NCBI GenBank assembly: GCA_045652445.1
Contig: JAZRUJ010000067.1
Span: 1 to 54,982, forward strand
Origin: Eubacteriales bacterium
GTDB taxonomy: Bacteria > Bacillota > Clostridia > Oscillospirales > UBA644
Direction: 5' to 3'
DNA length: 54,982 bases
How positions within the stretch are numbered: the stretch's first letter is position 1; every line of letters begins with the position of its first letter. The notes beneath the pieces are model-generated. The model was given only the letters and a program-made list of their open reading frames with translations, was not told where the DNA came from and did not search any database. Of the stretch, positions 11,421-19,209 are shown in pieces. The translations under genes were made by a program, and so were the position numbers.

Positions 11421-11437
11421 TTCACTTTCCTCCTATC

Positions 11438-12070
11438 TTATTTCTTGATGGCGGTCTTAACAACGACCAAACCACCGTTGGGGCCGGGAATGGCACCCTT
11501 GATAGCGATGAGATTGTTTTCTGCATCAACCTTAACAACGCTCAGGTTCTGAATGGTAACCTGTTCGCTGCCCATGTGACCGGGCATACCCTTACCCTTC
11601 ATAACTTTGGAAGGAGTAGAGTTTGCACCCATAGAACCTTGGTGTCTGTGGTAACCGGAGGTACCGTGGGTCATGCGTTGTCTGTGGAAACCGAGGCGTT
11701 TGATGGTGCCTTGGTAACCCTTACCTTTGGAGATGCCGGTAACGTCAACCACGTCGCCGGAAGCAAAGACGTCAGCCTTAATTACATCACCGACGTTCAT
11801 GGATTCGCTGTTGTCCAACTTGAATTCCTTCAGAACGCGTTTGTAAGCGACTTCTGCCTTGTCATAGTGACCTTTGAGGGGTTTGACAACCAGTTTTTCA
11901 CGGATGTCTTCAAAACCCAATTGTACGGCGTTGTAGCCGTCGTTGTCTACCGTCTTCTTCTGAATGACGGTGCAGGGGCCGGCTTCCACAACCGTTACGG
12001 GAACAACGTTACCGTTTTCCGTAAAGAGCTGGGTCATACCGATCTTTCTGCCGATAATTCCTTTTTCCAT
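11438..12070 (-). CDS. rplC: 50S ribosomal protein uL3
   Basis: 210 aa. [11 protein letters not shown] and [10 protein letters not shown] are L3 motifs. AAAGGAGAA RBS. Confidence 0.95.
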   Translation of the reverse strand: MEKGIIGRKIGMTQLFTENGNVVPVTVVEAGPCTVIQKKTVDNDGYNAVQLGFEDIREKLVVKPLKGHYDKAEVAYKRVLKEFKLDNSESMNVGDVIKADVFASGDVVDVTGISKGKGYQGTIKRLGFHRQRMTHGTSGYHRHQGSMGANSTPSKVMKGKGMPGHMGSEQVTIQNLSVVKVDAENNLIAIKGAIPGPNGGLVVVKTAIKK

Positions 12071-12207
12071 TTTGAAATTCTCCTTTCGGTTATTGGTTGA
12101 TCCCGGAAAGGGAGATCAACGTGACCGTATACCATATTATAATGGTACGGAATGACTTCTTTCCGCTGAGGCAAGTCATTGTTTCCTCGTGCATGGCTGA
12201 ATTGAAA

Positions 12208-12516
12208 TTAAAGTTTAACTTCGATTTCTACGCCTGCGGGAAGATCGACGCTCATGAGAGCTTCAACGACCTTCTGAGAGGGCTTGAGGATGTCGATAAC
12301 ACGCTTATGAGTGCGGGTTTCGAACTGTTCGCGGGAGTCCTTATATTTATGGACTGCACGCAGGATTGTGATGATTTCGCGTTCGGTGGGCAGAGGAACA
12401 GGTCCGGAAACCTTAGCTCCCATGCGAGTTGCGGTTGCGACGATCTTTTCACAAGCCTGATCGACCAGGTGATGGTCGTAGGATTTCAGCCGAATTCTCA
12501 TTTTTTCAGTTGCCAT
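12208..12516 (-). CDS. rpsJ: 30S ribosomal protein uS10
   Basis: [26 protein letters not shown]...SGPVPLPT is canonical S10. AGGAGG RBS at 12525-12530. Confidence 0.96.
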   Translation of the reverse strand: MATEKMRIRLKSYDHHLVDQACEKIVATATRMGAKVSGPVPLPTEREIITILRAVHKYKDSREQFETRTHKRVIDILKPSQKVVEALMSVDLPAGVEIEVKL

Positions 12517-12849
12517 TGCTTTCGCCTCCTTAAGTATTTGGGAAGAGTATGATCGGACAAGTTATCCGATCAAGACTTGGGCGATGAAAAACCGAACACT
12601 GCACCGTGTGTTTCATGGTTCGGACATAAAAATCGGATCAGGGCAAGCTGATCCAATCGACCGAACAGAATGCACCCTTTGGTGCGATCCGTCAGAAACA
12701 AGTGCTGAGAGGTAAAGATCTTTGCCTTACATCAACTAAGTTCGGTTTCATCCAATTTGAAATCGGATACGGCTCCCTCGGAACTACCTGCCGCCCAAAT
12801 GCGGATTTCAGCAACCTCCGAGATCATAGCCTCTTTGCCATGCTTTGCT
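12517..12849 (-). promoter_or_regulatory. long structured 5' leader of the S10 operon with terminator-like hairpins
   Basis: About 325 nt between the predicted -10 box and rpsJ. On the minus strand, GGATCAG-6nt-CTGATCC is followed by GATTTTTAT (plus coords 12626-12654). CCGAAC...GTTCGG is followed by TTTTT (12587-12623), and a third competing GTTCGG lies at 12661-12666. Further hairpins lie at 12551-12571 and 12672-12685. Confidence 0.5.
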
Positions 12850-12878
12850 ATTATACCATACACGACTCCGCGTGTCAA
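12850..12878 (-). promoter_or_regulatory. sigma-70 type promoter of the S10 operon
   Basis: The minus strand reads TTGACA (12878-12873), a 17-nt spacer, then TATAAT (12855-12850). Both hexamers match the consensus perfectly. Confidence 0.75.
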
Positions 12879-12970
12879 GTATTATAACAAAAAAAGTATT
12901 GAACTTTTTGTAAACTTTTCCATTTTCTTTGGACGTCGTAATTTTTTTCTTCTTTTCCCTCCTTTTCCTG

Positions 12971-12999
12971 TTGACATTTCCGTTTTTTTCGTGTAAAAT
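12971..12999 (+). promoter_or_regulatory. sigma-70 type promoter of the DUF1292 gene (divergent from the S10 promoter)
   Basis: TTGACA (12971-12976), 17-nt spacer, TAAAAT (12994-12999), about 40 nt upstream of the ATG at 13040. Confidence 0.65.
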
Positions 13000-13039
13000 A
13001 GAGACAGAAATAAAAATCCAAGAAATGAGGTAACCTATC

Positions 13040-13399
13040 ATGGCTGAAAGAGACGATATTCTCGCATTGACCGACGAAGAAGGCAATGAAGTCAATTTTG
13101 AAATCATCGACGCATTGGAACACGAAGGCAAAACCTACGTTCTTTTGACTCCTGCCGAAGCCGGCGAAGAAGACGAAGTGGAAGTAGTTATGCTCCGCGT
13201 TGAAGATGACGGAGAAGAAGACATCCTCGTCACCGTAGACGACGAAGACGAATTCAACACCGTTGCCGCTCTTTTTGATGCAAAAGCCGAAGAATACGAC
13301 CTGGCTGCAGAAGACGGTTGTTCCTGCGGTTGCGGTGATGACTGCCAATGCACCGAAGAAGACAACTGCGGTTGCGATTGCTGGAAAGACAAGAAGTAA
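13040..13399 (+). CDS. DUF1292 (UPF0473)-like acidic protein with Cys-rich C-terminal tail
   Basis: ILALTDEEGNEVNFEIIDALEHEGKTYVLLTP and a following acidic region match my recollection of DUF1292. The tail is CSCGCGDDCQCTEEDNCGCDCW. GAGGT RBS. Confidence 0.75.
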   Translation: MAERDDILALTDEEGNEVNFEIIDALEHEGKTYVLLTPAEAGEEDEVEVVMLRVEDDGEEDILVTVDDEDEFNTVAALFDAKAEEYDLAAEDGCSCGCGDDCQCTEEDNCGCDCWKDKK

Positions 13400-13452
13400 A
13401 CAATTTCTTCCGTTAATATATCACGCGTACGCGTATATATTATAATAGGAAG

Positions 13453-13736
13453 ACAAAAGACAGTCTTCAATTACTTCCTGCGAAATACGACCCTTATGAT
13501 TTTTCAGTTAAAACCTACACCTTTACTAAGGGAATCACTCTTCCCCTGTGGGTTTGCAGGCCTCCCGCCCCGGACTGCCATCGAGCCTCCGGCAAGCGGA
13601 CGTTGGAAGCACAAAGCATGGGAGTGGATTTTACCCGCCCTGCTGTCAAGCAGGTTTACGAAGTCATAACGTCTCCCGAGACGCAACGGAACACGGTTTT
13701 GCGGGAGTTCCCCGAGCTTTTTGCTCGGGGGTTTTT
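13453..13736 (+). ncRNA. candidate structured non-coding RNA of unassigned class, ending in an intrinsic terminator
   Basis: GC-rich island (about 13540-13710) within AT-rich intergenic DNA. Several local hairpins, e.g. CCTGCT-gtca-AGCAGG and CGTCT-cccg-AGACG. Possible TATAAT at 13441-13446. Strong plus-strand terminator at 13710-13736. No plus-strand gene lies downstream. The 5' end is uncertain. Confidence 0.4.
13710..13736 (+). terminator. intrinsic terminator
   Basis: CCCCGAGC-ttttt-GCTCGGGG followed by GTTTTT. Confidence 0.8.
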
Positions 13737-13742
13737 CTTAAT

Positions 13743-13778
13743 AAAAAAATACCGACGTTTTTCGTCGGTATTTTATTT
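13743..13778. terminator. bidirectional intrinsic terminator (ends uvrC)
   Basis: ATACCGACG-ttttt-CGTCGGTAT flanked by an A-run and a T-run. Immediately 3' of the uvrC stop codon (13779-13781). Confidence 0.8.
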
Positions 13779-15554
13779 TTAATTTTCTTCAAACCATTGT
13801 ATAATCTTGTGGGCAAGGTCCGAATGAATCCCTTTGACGGCACACAATTCCTCTTTGGTTGCTTTGCGGATTTTGTCAATGGATTTGAAGTGCAAGAACA
13901 ACGCCTTGGCTTTGGCTTTGCCCACCCCGGGAATGGATTCCAGTTGGGATTGTTGCATCGCCTTTTGCCGGAGATTTTTGTGATAAGAAATGGCGACCCG
14001 GTGAACTTCTTCCTGTAACCGTCCGCAAAACGCAAAGACTTCGGGAACGGGAGCAAAGGGTTTTTCCGTTCCGTCGGAAAAGACCAAGGACTTGGTTCGG
14101 TGACGGCTGTCTTTTTTCAGTCCCAACACGGGCAAAGAAATTCCCTCTTCTTTCAGGACTTGTTCCACCGCGTGAATTTGGGCAAGCCCCCCGTCGCACA
14201 GAATCACGTTAGGCAGCGGAGAAAAACCTTCGTCCCCTTCTTTAAATCGGGCGATGCGGCGTTGCACCGCTTCTCTCATATAATCGGTGTCGCCTCGCCC
14301 CAAAACCTGTTTAATTCGGTATTTTTTATATTTTTTTCGATCACAAACGCCGTCTTTGACCGAAATACTGCCGCAAACCACGTCACTTCCCGCGGTTTGA
14401 CTGATGTCGTAAACTTCCATCAAATCCACGTTTGAAAGCCCGGAAAATTCCCGAAAGGCGTCCAGTTGCCGTTGAATTCGGGCGGTTTTTCCTTCGTATT
14501 GCAGCATTCTTTCCCCTGCATTACGGTCGGCAAGAGCACGAAGCCGCAGATCTTGTTCGTAGGAGGGAACGGTAATCTTTCCTTTCAACCATTGGTTCAA
14601 AAGATTCGTCCACTCGTATTCTTCAGGGAGATAAATTTTGCCGGGAGGCAGGGTATCTTCCGTGTAAAACCGTTCCAAATACTGACGGAGAAGATCGGGG
14701 GTAAAGGGTTCTTCAAACACGTCGCACCGTTCTCCCACCACGTAGCCGTTCCGGAGACGAAGAAGAAAAATACAGCATTTCCCCTCCCCCGCCTTATATC
14801 CGAAATAATCCGCATGGCGGTTTTGAGACAACACGGGACGCTGTTTTTTGGAAATCATGGCAAGGGCATTTCGGCGATCCCGCAACAATGCCGCCCGTTC
14901 AAAGTCCAACCGTTGTGCAGCCTGTTCCATTTCTGCGGTAAGTTCGGATTCTACCACGTCGGTTTTCCCCTCCAGAACGGAGCAAATGGAATCGTAGGCT
15001 TTTTTCAGTTCTTCCGGGTCGGCTTTTCCTGCACAAACGCCGTTACAACGCCCCATGTCGTATTCCAGACAGGGTTTTGTCCGGGGTTTATACTTGCAGG
15101 AAGGCAATTTATAGGCGGTATTGAGATATCCTACAATATGGGATACGTTTTGCAATTTTGCAAACGGTCCAAAACAACGGGCACCGGCCGGCCGGGTATA
15201 CTCCGCCCGAACCATAGGACACCCATCTACCACCGAAACACAGATAAAGGGATATCCATGCCCCGATTTAAGTTTGATATTATAAAAGGGGTTGTGCTGC
15301 TTAATCAGACTGCATTCGGTGATCAACGCGTCCAATTCGTTTTCGCACAAAATCACGGAAAACCGATCCACCCGTTCTATCATGCGTTCTACTTTCGGTT
15401 CGTGGGGAACGTTGCGAAAATAGGAGGCGACCCGATTCCGGAGCTTGACCGCTTTTCCCACATATATGACTACCCCCGAGGTGTCATACATAGTATACAC
15501 CCCGGGAGAATCCGGTAATTCATTTGCTTTTTTTAATAATTCGGCACGTGTCAT
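13779..15554 (-). CDS. uvrC: excinuclease ABC subunit C
   Basis: 591 aa. GIY-YIG start (PGVYTMYDTSGVVIYVGKA), UVR domain, C-terminal HhH (IPGVGKAKAKAL). Confidence 0.94.
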   Translation of the reverse strand: MTRAELLKKANELPDSPGVYTMYDTSGVVIYVGKAVKLRNRVASYFRNVPHEPKVERMIERVDRFSVILCENELDALITECSLIKQHNPFYNIKLKSGHGYPFICVSVVDGCPMVRAEYTRPAGARCFGPFAKLQNVSHIVGYLNTAYKLPSCKYKPRTKPCLEYDMGRCNGVCAGKADPEELKKAYDSICSVLEGKTDVVESELTAEMEQAAQRLDFERAALLRDRRNALAMISKKQRPVLSQNRHADYFGYKAGEGKCCIFLLRLRNGYVVGERCDVFEEPFTPDLLRQYLERFYTEDTLPPGKIYLPEEYEWTNLLNQWLKGKITVPSYEQDLRLRALADRNAGERMLQYEGKTARIQRQLDAFREFSGLSNVDLMEVYDISQTAGSDVVCGSISVKDGVCDRKKYKKYRIKQVLGRGDTDYMREAVQRRIARFKEGDEGFSPLPNVILCDGGLAQIHAVEQVLKEEGISLPVLGLKKDSRHRTKSLVFSDGTEKPFAPVPEVFAFCGRLQEEVHRVAISYHKNLRQKAMQQSQLESIPGVGKAKAKALFLHFKSIDKIRKATKEELCAVKGIHSDLAHKIIQWFEEN

Positions 15555-15820
15555 TATTCCATGACAAAGTTGCTCTGAATCAGAGCGACCAGACCTTCAA
15601 TGGCTTCCTGTTCGTCGGGACCGTTGGCAATCAGCTGGATTTCCGTATCCTTGGTGATGCCCAGAGAAAGGATCCCCAGCAAGGATTTTGCGTTAACACG
15701 ACGATCGTCTTTTTCTACGGAAATGGAAGACTTATATTCGTTTGCTTTCTGGGTGAAATAGGTAGCGGGACGGGCATGAAGGCCCACAGGGTTGGTTACT
15801 TTCACGGTTTTGTTCAGCAT
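15554..15820 (-). CDS. ptsH: phosphocarrier protein HPr
   Basis: 88 aa. GLHARPA (His15 site) and NAKSLLGILSLG (Ser46 site). The TAA stop shares one base with the uvrC ATG (TAATG). Confidence 0.9.
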   Translation of the reverse strand: MLNKTVKVTNPVGLHARPATYFTQKANEYKSSISVEKDDRRVNAKSLLGILSLGITKDTEIQLIANGPDEQEAIEGLVALIQSNFVME

Positions 15821-15892
15821 TTTCGTTTCTCCTGTGTTCGATAATAAATTTTGTAAGTTTACAGGGATAGATTATTATATATCGACAAGTAT

Positions 15893-15921
15893 ATTATACA
15901 ACGAAACCAAAAAAAAGTCAA
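15893..15921 (-). promoter_or_regulatory. sigma-70 type promoter for ptsH-uvrC
   Basis: The minus strand reads TTGACT (15921-15916), a 17-nt spacer, then TATAAT (15898-15893). Confidence 0.7.
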
Positions 15922-16131
15922 CAAAAAAATGATACAAAAAAACCTTATTAATTTCTTGGTTTTCTGTTATTTTGCACGATTTTTGGCAAAATTCGCCTCG
16001 TTTTTCTTCCTGTTTTCCCCTTGGAATGCAAATTCTGAACGGGATATTTGCTTTTTCGGGAGAGAAAATGTAAGAGAAAGATCTTCATTTTTTTTGAATG
16101 ATCTTATTCTTACAGAAAGGAGAAAAGTCCA

Positions 16132-17232
16132 ATGCAGCACAAACGAGGCATACCTTATTATATGCAGAAATTTCGTTTTTTTGTAGCCTTGATGTTGGTC
16201 CTCGCCGCCGGCTCGGGATCCATGACGCAAAAAACGGTGACCACCGCCGCAAAAAGCGACCCCATCTCCCCAACGGAACAAGCTTACGTTTTGCCGGTAG
16301 CAAAAACAGATCCTTCCACGGTAAAGACCGTCATTCCCGGTGGGGATGCGGTAGCGGTCCGCCTCATTTCCCAAGGGGTTATCGTTTTGGGATTTACCGA
16401 TCAGGACAAAGACAATCCGGCACGGACGGCAGGACTAAAAAAAGGGGATCGAATTTTACAAGTAGGAGAGATTGAGATCACCTGCAACGAAGATTTGGCA
16501 GACGCCTTAACGCTTCAGGGCGGAAATGCCGTAACGGTGCGGTATTTGCGGGGAGAAAAAACACACGAAACCACCGTATGTCCCCGCAAAAATCAAGACG
16601 GCACCTGGCAAATGGGTGTTTTGATCAAAGATTCCACCGCCGGCATCGGCACTTTGACCTATATTATTCCCGGAACGGGAGAATACGGTTGTTTGGGACA
16701 TGGAATCACCGATCCGGATACCGATACTTTATTTTGTGTCGGACGGGGGGATTTATTCCCTGCTCAGATTACGAATTTGCGAAAAGGCGAATGCGGAACG
16801 CCCGGAGAATTGCAGGGATCTTTCGGATCCCCCGCTTGGGGCAATTGCGTCAAAAATTGTGAAACGGGATTGTTCGGTCAGCTGGACGTGACCCTATTTG
16901 CCCATCGGGAAACGGTGGACGTTGCAACAAAACAAGAAGTGCGAGAAGGTTCCGCCACCATTCGTTGTACCCTAGACGACGGGGGCATTCAGGAATACGA
17001 CATCGAAATCGTCCGCATCTACCGGGCGTTTGGCGGGCCCACGAAAAATATGCTGATCCGGGTCACCGATTCGGCGTTATTGGAAAAGACGGGAGGTATC
17101 GTTCAGGGAATGTCCGGCTCTCCCATCTTCCAAAACGGAAAACTGGTCGGGGCGGTCACCCACGTATTAATCAACGACCCAACTTCCGGCTACGGAATTT
17201 TTATCGAAAACATGCTAAACAAAGCCGCATAA
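16132..17232 (+). CDS. spoIVB: SpoIVB peptidase (S55 serine peptidase with PDZ domain)
   Basis: Signal anchor, PDZ (GLKKGDRILQVGEIEI), and S55 motifs GIGTLTYIIPGTGEYGCLGHGI and GMSGSPIF. AGGAG RBS 8 nt upstream. Confidence 0.88.
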   Translation: MQHKRGIPYYMQKFRFFVALMLVLAAGSGSMTQKTVTTAAKSDPISPTEQAYVLPVAKTDPSTVKTVIPGGDAVAVRLISQGVIVLGFTDQDKDNPARTAGLKKGDRILQVGEIEITCNEDLADALTLQGGNAVTVRYLRGEKTHETTVCPRKNQDGTWQMGVLIKDSTAGIGTLTYIIPGTGEYGCLGHGITDPDTDTLFCVGRGDLFPAQITNLRKGECGTPGELQGSFGSPAWGNCVKNCETGLFGQLDVTLFAHRETVDVATKQEVREGSATIRCTLDDGGIQEYDIEIVRIYRAFGGPTKNMLIRVTDSALLEKTGGIVQGMSGSPIFQNGKLVGAVTHVLINDPTSGYGIFIENMLNKAA

Positions 17233-17240
17233 CAAAAAAA

Positions 17241-17266
17241 GAGGACGGAAAATCCGTCCTCTTTCC
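17241..17266 (+). terminator. intrinsic terminator after spoIVB (short T-run)
   Basis: GAGGACGGA-aaa-TCCGTCCTC followed by TTTCC. Confidence 0.55.
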
Positions 17267-17295
17267 TTGACTTTTCCAAAAACCTATGTTATAAT
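17267..17295 (+). promoter_or_regulatory. sigma-70 type promoter
   Basis: TTGACT (17267-17272), 17-nt spacer, TATAAT (17290-17295). Confidence 0.7.
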
Positions 17296-17322
17296 GAACA
17301 AAAAATTAAACGAGGTCCCATT

Positions 17323-18348
17323 ATGCAAACGAAAATCAAAGAGCGGCTTTGGTTCCTTTTGGGCGTTGCCATCTGCTTTACCGTTGCCGCCCTTTCTATT
17401 TTTGTGGAACGGCTCATTCCGGGAGAAATTCTGGGAGCGTCCATTATCGCCCTGTTTTTGGGGACGATCATCAACAGCTTTTTCCATCCCGCGTGGATGA
17501 AACCGGCGTTGAAATTTACGTCGAAAAAAGTCCTGAAGATCGCCATTATTCTTTTGGGCGCATCTCTGTCGGTCAAGACCATTCTTACGGTAGGCAAGAT
17601 GACCTTTTTCGTAATGATCTTCACCTTTGCCATGTGTTTCGGCGGCGGATTTTTCTTGCGGAAAATCTTTGGACTCAACTGGAAATTAAGCAATTTGATT
17701 TCCGCAGGAACGGGAATTTGCGGCGGCTCTGCCGTGGCGGCAATTGCTCCGGTCATTGACGCGGACGACAAAGATATCGCCTTTGCCATGTCTTCCACCT
17801 TTTTATTTGACATGGTGATGGTTGCAATTTATCCCATCATGGGAAGACTTTTGGGCATGACGGATATTGCCTACGGCATTTGGGCGGGAACGTCGGTCAA
17901 CGACACCGCCAGCGTCGTCGCCTCCGGCTATGCCTTCTCCGAAGTGGCGGGAGATTTTGCCACCATGGTCAAACTGACCCGCACCATCGCCATTATTCCT
18001 ACAGTCCTGGTCTTTGCTTACATCGGAATGCGGATCAAGAAGAAAGAATTACAAGCCGCAAGCGGAAATCAAAAAGTAAATCTTATGAAGATCGTCCCCT
18101 GGTTTATCGGTGGATTTTTGATTTTGGCAATTCTTAACAGCCTGGGTTGGATTCCCGCCGTAGCTTCCGGTCTTTTGAAAAACACCAGCAAATTCCTGAT
18201 GGTCTCCGCCCTGGCAGCCATCGGACTGAACACAAGCCTGCTGGACTTTAAAAAAGCGGGGGTTGCTCCCGTCCTGTACGGAATCACCATTGACACCCTG
18301 GTCACCCTCACCGCCCTGGGCGTGATTTGGTGCATGGGATTAATGTAA
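17323..18348 (+). CDS. YeiH/UPF0324 family membrane protein (putative sulfate exporter family)
   Basis: 341-aa polytopic protein. The motif ISAGTGICGGSAVAAIAPVI is typical of YeiH-like proteins. Confidence 0.78.
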   Translation: MQTKIKERLWFLLGVAICFTVAALSIFVERLIPGEILGASIIALFLGTIINSFFHPAWMKPALKFTSKKVLKIAIILLGASLSVKTILTVGKMTFFVMIFTFAMCFGGGFFLRKIFGLNWKLSNLISAGTGICGGSAVAAIAPVIDADDKDIAFAMSSTFLFDMVMVAIYPIMGRLLGMTDIAYGIWAGTSVNDTASVVASGYAFSEVAGDFATMVKLTRTIAIIPTVLVFAYIGMRIKKKELQAASGNQKVNLMKIVPWFIGGFLILAILNSLGWIPAVASGLLKNTSKFLMVSALAAIGLNTSLLDFKKAGVAPVLYGITIDTLVTLTALGVIWCMGLM

Positions 18349-18359
18349 TGAAAAATTTT

Positions 18360-18400
18360 GAGAGAATCGGCAATCTGTCGATTCTCTCTTTTTATTTTTT
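18360..18400. terminator. intrinsic terminator (bidirectional context)
   Basis: GAGAGAATCG-9nt-CGATTCTCTC followed by TTTTTATTTTTT. Confidence 0.8.
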
Positions 18401-18686
18401 ATTCTTCTTCCCTCTTTGCCTCTTCCAGCATCCAGCGTTTGACGCCGGCGGGGGTTAAGGCGATTTGAAGCCCCGTAAAATCTAAAATTCGGTCCCCTTG
18501 CCGAGAAACGATTTTTCCGTGAAGGTTGGTAATTTCCGCAAAATCCTGTTCCGTAAGGTCGCTTAACATGGTCGTCAGGTCTTTGGTATCAAAGCCGTCG
18601 GCTTCCATTTCCCTTTGCAATTCGGGAAGCGTTCCGATTCCTTCCGCCAACAGATCTACCACTTTTTCTTCCGGGGTCATATACAA
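18399..18686 (-). CDS. hypothetical small acidic protein
   Basis: 95-aa ORF with coding-like composition. No family recognised. Confidence 0.5.
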   Translation of the reverse strand: MYMTPEEKVVDLLAEGIGTLPELQREMEADGFDTKDLTTMLSDLTEQDFAEITNLHGKIVSRQGDRILDFTGLQIALTPAGVKRWMLEEAKREEE

Positions 18687-18788
18687 AATCCTCTTTCGGT
18701 TTTTCTTTTATTGTACCACGGCAACGAAAAAATGTCAAGAGAAAAAGACCGTATTCCATGATAAATACGGTCTTTTCGTCGTTTTTGC

Positions 18789-19013
18789 TTACCGATCCAG
18801 AGCGTCGCTGACTTCGTTTCGCATGGGACGAAACAGCAGAGAAATTGCCCAAACACCGGCAATACCCACCAGGGTAAAGACGATTTTGGTCAAAATCGAA
18901 TCCGATCCGCCCAACAGCCAGGAGACGAAATCGAAGCCAAACAGCCCGATACTCCCCCAGTTTAAAGCCCCAACGGTGACCAGCAAGATTGCAAGTTTGT
19001 CCAAAAATGACAT
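18789..19013 (-). CDS. DUF378 family small membrane protein
   Basis: MSFLDKLAILLVTVGALNWGSIGLFGFDFVSWLLG matches the DUF378 (YuzA-like) pattern. The ATG at 19013 lies 10 nt after a GGAGG, and the upstream ATG at 19034 lacks an RBS. Confidence 0.75.
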   Translation of the reverse strand: MSFLDKLAILLVTVGALNWGSIGLFGFDFVSWLLGGSDSILTKIVFTLVGIAGVWAISLLFRPMRNEVSDALDR

Positions 19014-19116
19014 GATGCAGATTCCTCCGTCCATAAATTAAACATGAAAAGACGATTCTTTTCGCATACAGTTTGTCCGAAAATTCACCAATTATACCGT
19101 CCTGTAAAAAAATCCG

Positions 19117-19145
19117 TTGACAAAAAGAAGAAAATGAGGTATAAT
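19117..19145 (+). promoter_or_regulatory. sigma-70 type promoter
   Basis: TTGACA (19117-19122), 17-nt spacer, TATAAT (19140-19145). Confidence 0.72.
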
Positions 19146-19209
19146 AAAACTGTCAAAATTTAAAATCATATTTTAGCGTCGCTTTTTCGCGACCATAAGG
19201 AGTTTGTTC

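Noticed and set aside
12702-13348. ORFs in the divergent promoter region and antisense to the DUF1292 gene (12702-12887, 12757-12996, 12808-13131, 12875-13348)
   Set aside because: They overlap two consensus promoters or run antisense to a gene with a family match and an RBS. They are AT-rich and low-complexity, with no RBS.
13453-13736. Assigning the candidate ncRNA to SRP RNA, RNase P RNA, tmRNA or a riboswitch
   Set aside because: I looked on both strands for GGAAGGAAGCAGC (SRP domain IV), GAGGAAAGUCC (RNase P P4), a tRNA-like CCA end (tmRNA), and B12, TPP, T-box, M-box and GEMM cores. Only partial chance matches (GGAAGCA, AGCCUCCGGC) were seen. No downstream plus-strand gene exists for a riboswitch.
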